From contig OY970255.1 in assembly GCA_963715595.1 (NCBI GenBank), forward strand, positions 1,917,571 through 1,981,570: 64,000 bases of DNA. The letters are read 5' to 3'. Position 1 is the first letter of the stretch; every line of letters starts with the position of its first letter. The position numbers and the translations under genes are program-made. Below the pieces are notes generated by a model that was not told the origin of the DNA, made no database searches, and was given only the letters and a program-made list of their open reading frames with translations. The stretch comes from an uncultured Actinomycetota bacterium (GTDB taxonomy: Bacteria > Actinomycetota > Actinomycetes > Actinomycetales > CAWJMD01). Below are positions 61,675 to 64,000 of this stretch, piece by piece.

Positions 61675-62495
61675 TGACGGAGTACGCCACCCACCCCGGA
61701 CTCGTCCCCGCGGCCGAGCTCGCCACCACCGTCCTGGCCGGCGCCGGAGCGGCGTCGCTGTCCGGTGACGACGTGGAGCCCGCGGGCGTGCTGCACGGCC
61801 TCGACGACGACGGCACCCCGGTGCTGCTGGCGGGTCCCTCGCTCGTCAGCGCGCTCGGCCTGGTCGACGCCGACGACGACGTGGTCGTCCGGCTCGAGGT
61901 CACCGACCTGGCACCGGTGGTCGACCTGACGCTGCACCGTTCCCAGGTCGAGGTGACCGGCTGGGCCCGCCTGGTCGCGCCGCACGCCGTCGCGGCCCGG
62001 CTGGGCGCCCGCTCGCGCAGCGACCTCACCGTCGCGTTCGCGTCGTGGCCCGGCGCCCGGCTGCTCGAGGTCGACGTCGCCGAGGTGGTGCTGCACGCCG
62101 GTGCCGGCTGCGCGCACCTGGCACCCGAGGACCTGCGCACCGCACTGCCCGACCCGGTCGGTCCGCACGAGGCCGAGCTGGTGCAGCGGCTGGGCGACGA
62201 CCTCGGCGCGGCCCTGCTCGAGCTCGTGCGCGGCATCGGCCACGCCCACCACGTCGACGGCGGGCCCGCGCGCCCGCTCGCCGACGCCCTGGAGGCCCGC
62301 GTCGTCGGCGTCGACCGCTACGGCCTCACCGTGCTGTGCGCGCTGCCCGACGGCGACGACACCGCGTGCTGCGCTCACTCGTCCCGCTCGACCGTCCGGG
62401 TGCCGTTCCCCGCACCGGTCGCGAGCGCGGCCGAGGCCGAGCGGGCCGCGCTCGCCCTGGTGACCGGCAGCCGAGGTTGCCCACACGACTGCTGA
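61674..62495 (+). CDS. DUF2470/HugZ-like split-barrel protein (putative iron/heme utilisation)
   Basis: PAAELATTVLA...HGLDDDG...LEVTDLAPV...VTGW...PDPVGPHEAELVQRL...VVGVDRYGLTV...VRVPF. Confidence 0.7.
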   Translation: MTEYATHPGLVPAAELATTVLAGAGAASLSGDDVEPAGVLHGLDDDGTPVLLAGPSLVSALGLVDADDDVVVRLEVTDLAPVVDLTLHRSQVEVTGWARLVAPHAVAARLGARSRSDLTVAFASWPGARLLEVDVAEVVLHAGAGCAHLAPEDLRTALPDPVGPHEAELVQRLGDDLGAALLELVRGIGHAHHVDGGPARPLADALEARVVGVDRYGLTVLCALPDGDDTACCAHSSRSTVRVPFPAPVASAAEAERAALALVTGSRGCPHDC

Positions 62496-62560
62496 CCGCG
62501 CAGGAGTCAGACCGGCCCGATCGCGGCCAGGTGGTCGGGCGTCGTCCTGGCCGACGACCG

Positions 62561-62803
62561 TCAGTGTCCGGTCTTGATCCGGCGCGCGATCTCCTCGTCC
62601 TCCAGCTGACCGTGCAGCTGGAGCGCCTGCTCGAGGTCGGCCGCGGGGACGCCCATCCGGCGGGCCGACGTGACGGCGCCACCGGGGTCGGTGCCCTGGC
62701 GGATGGCGTCGTTGACCGCCTGTTCGAACGAGATCTGGCGTCGCTCCATCAGGCGCCGGACGACAACCTCGGTGTCCGCATCGAGGGTGATGGTGGTCCT
62801 CAC
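62561..62803 (-). CDS. VapB-like ribbon-helix-helix antitoxin with no adjacent toxin
   Basis: VRTTITLDADT...RRLMERRQISFEQAVNDAIR...MGVPAADLEQALQL...LEDEEIARR resembles mycobacterial VapB proteins. Confidence 0.8.
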   Translation of the reverse strand: MRTTITLDADTEVVVRRLMERRQISFEQAVNDAIRQGTDPGGAVTSARRMGVPAADLEQALQLHGQLEDEEIARRIKTGH

Positions 62804-62856
62804 GACGACGAGTCTGGGTAGGACGGCGGTCATTCGGCGTGTTGTCGTGCGCCACC

Positions 62857-64000
62857 TCACCGGTCCTGGTCGTCCGCCGGGCCGCCGAGCAGCTCGCGCA
62901 GCCGCTCGAGCCGCGGCGCGATGTCCCGCTCGTACCCGCGGTCGGTGGGCTCGTAGTAGCGGGCGCCGACCAGCGGGTCGGGCAGGTACTGCTGGGTGGC
63001 GACGCCGTGCGGCTCGTCGTGGCTGTACCGGTAGCCCTGCCCGTGGCCGAGCTGGCGCGCACCCGGGTAGTGGGCGTCGCGCAGGTGCGACGGCACCGTC
63101 CCCATCCGCCCGGCGCGCACGTCGTCGGTGGCGCGAGCGATGCCCAGGTAGGAGGCGTTCGACTTCGGTGCGGTCGCGAGGTGCACCACCGCCTGCGCGA
63201 GCACGATGCGCGCCTCGGGCATGCCGATCAGCTGCACCGCCTGCGCGGCGGCGACCGCGGTCTGCAGGGCGCTCGGGTCGGCCATGCCGACGTCCTCGGA
63301 CGCGGCGATGACGATGCGCCGGGCGACGAAGCGGGCGTCCTCGCCCGCCTCGAGCATCCGCGCCAGGTAGTGCAGCGAGGCGTCGACGTCGGAGCCGCGC
63401 ATCGACTTGATGAAGGCCGAGGTCACGTCGTAGTGCTGGTCACCCTCCTTGTCGTACCGCACCGACGCCACGTCGATCGCCTGCTCGGCGGCCGACAGCG
63501 TGACCGTGCCGCCGTCGGCCGCGCCGGCCGCCGCCTCGAGCGAGGTGAGCGCCCGTCGGGCGTCACCGCCGGCGACCCGCACCAGGTGGTCGAGCGCGTC
63601 GTCGTCGATCTCGACCTCGCCCGCGAGACCGCGCGGGTCGGTGCGCGCGCGCTCGAGCAGACCGCGCACGTCGTCGTCGGTGAGAGGGCGCAGGGTGAGC
63701 ACGAGCGAGCGCGACAGCAGCGGGGCGATCACCGAGAACGACGGGTTCTCGGTCGTGGCCGACACCAGCACGACCCAGCCGTTCTCGACGCCGGGCAGCA
63801 GGACGTCCTGCTGGGCCTTGGTGAACCGGTGGATCTCGTCGAGGAACAGCACCGTGGTGCGGCCGTGCAGGTCGCGCTGGTCGCGCGCCTCCTCCATCGC
63901 CGTGCGGACGTCGCGGACGCCCGCGGTGATCGCCGACATCTCGACGAACCGGCCGCCCACCCCGCGGGAGACCACGTGCGCGAGCGTCGTCTTCCCCGTG
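62857..64000 (-). CDS. rarA: Replication-associated recombination protein A, 5' truncated by the window edge
   Basis: [64 protein letters not shown]. Confidence 0.96.
   Translation of the reverse strand, partial: TGKTTLAHVVSRGVGGRFVEMSAITAGVRDVRTAMEEARDQRDLHGRTTVLFLDEIHRFTKAQQDVLLPGVENGWVVLVSATTENPSFSVIAPLLSRSLVLTLRPLTDDDVRGLLERARTDPRGLAGEVEIDDDALDHLVRVAGGDARRALTSLEAAAGAADGGTVTLSAAEQAIDVASVRYDKEGDQHYDVTSAFIKSMRGSDVDASLHYLARMLEAGEDARFVARRIVIAASEDVGMADPSALQTAVAAAQAVQLIGMPEARIVLAQAVVHLATAPKSNASYLGIARATDDVRAGRMGTVPSHLRDAHYPGARQLGHGQGYRYSHDEPHGVATQQYLPDPLVGARYYEPTDRGYERDIAPRLERLRELLGGPADDQDR

Overview
Very GC-rich actinobacterial chromosome segment (Kineosporiales/Micrococcales-like gene order), almost entirely coding and mostly on the minus strand. 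From left to right: nadA (partial), an amidohydrolase, two tandem M20 peptidases, DUF4870, DUF3043, map, an aldo/keto reductase, YciI, DUF2332 and an FAD oxidoreductase; the core block hisG-hisE-rpe-rsmB-fmt-def-priA-metK-coaBC-rpoZ-gmk-mihF; the pyrR-pyrB-pyrC-orf-carA-carB-pyrK-pyrD-pyrF operon with a PyrR RNA element; a divergent bldD homolog; nusB-efp; a Fic gene; aroB-aroK-aroC; a complete ~14 kb type IV pilus locus between aroC and aroE; then mltG-ruvX-alaS, a CxxC-less rpsD, a DUF2470-like gene, an orphan VapB-like antitoxin and rarA (partial). Main observations: (1) a DtxR/IdeR-type iron box between the CxxC-less S4 gene and the DUF2470-like gene, suggesting iron-controlled exchange of ribosomal protein S4; (2) six copies of a sigma-28 (FliA/WhiG)-type promoter, CTCAAG-N14/15-NYCGAWNN, across the pilus locus; (3) two near-identical tandem major pilin genes, each with its own promoter and terminator, plus a third divergent pilin; (4) a degenerate duplicate of the nusB 3' end flanking a DUF559-like nuclease remnant, and a palindromic insertion at the efp-nusB junction. 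More than 25 apparent single-base frameshifts in core genes (alaS, carB, aroC, priA) are most likely sequencing or consensus errors. All calls come from manual reading and recall of protein families; no searches were run.
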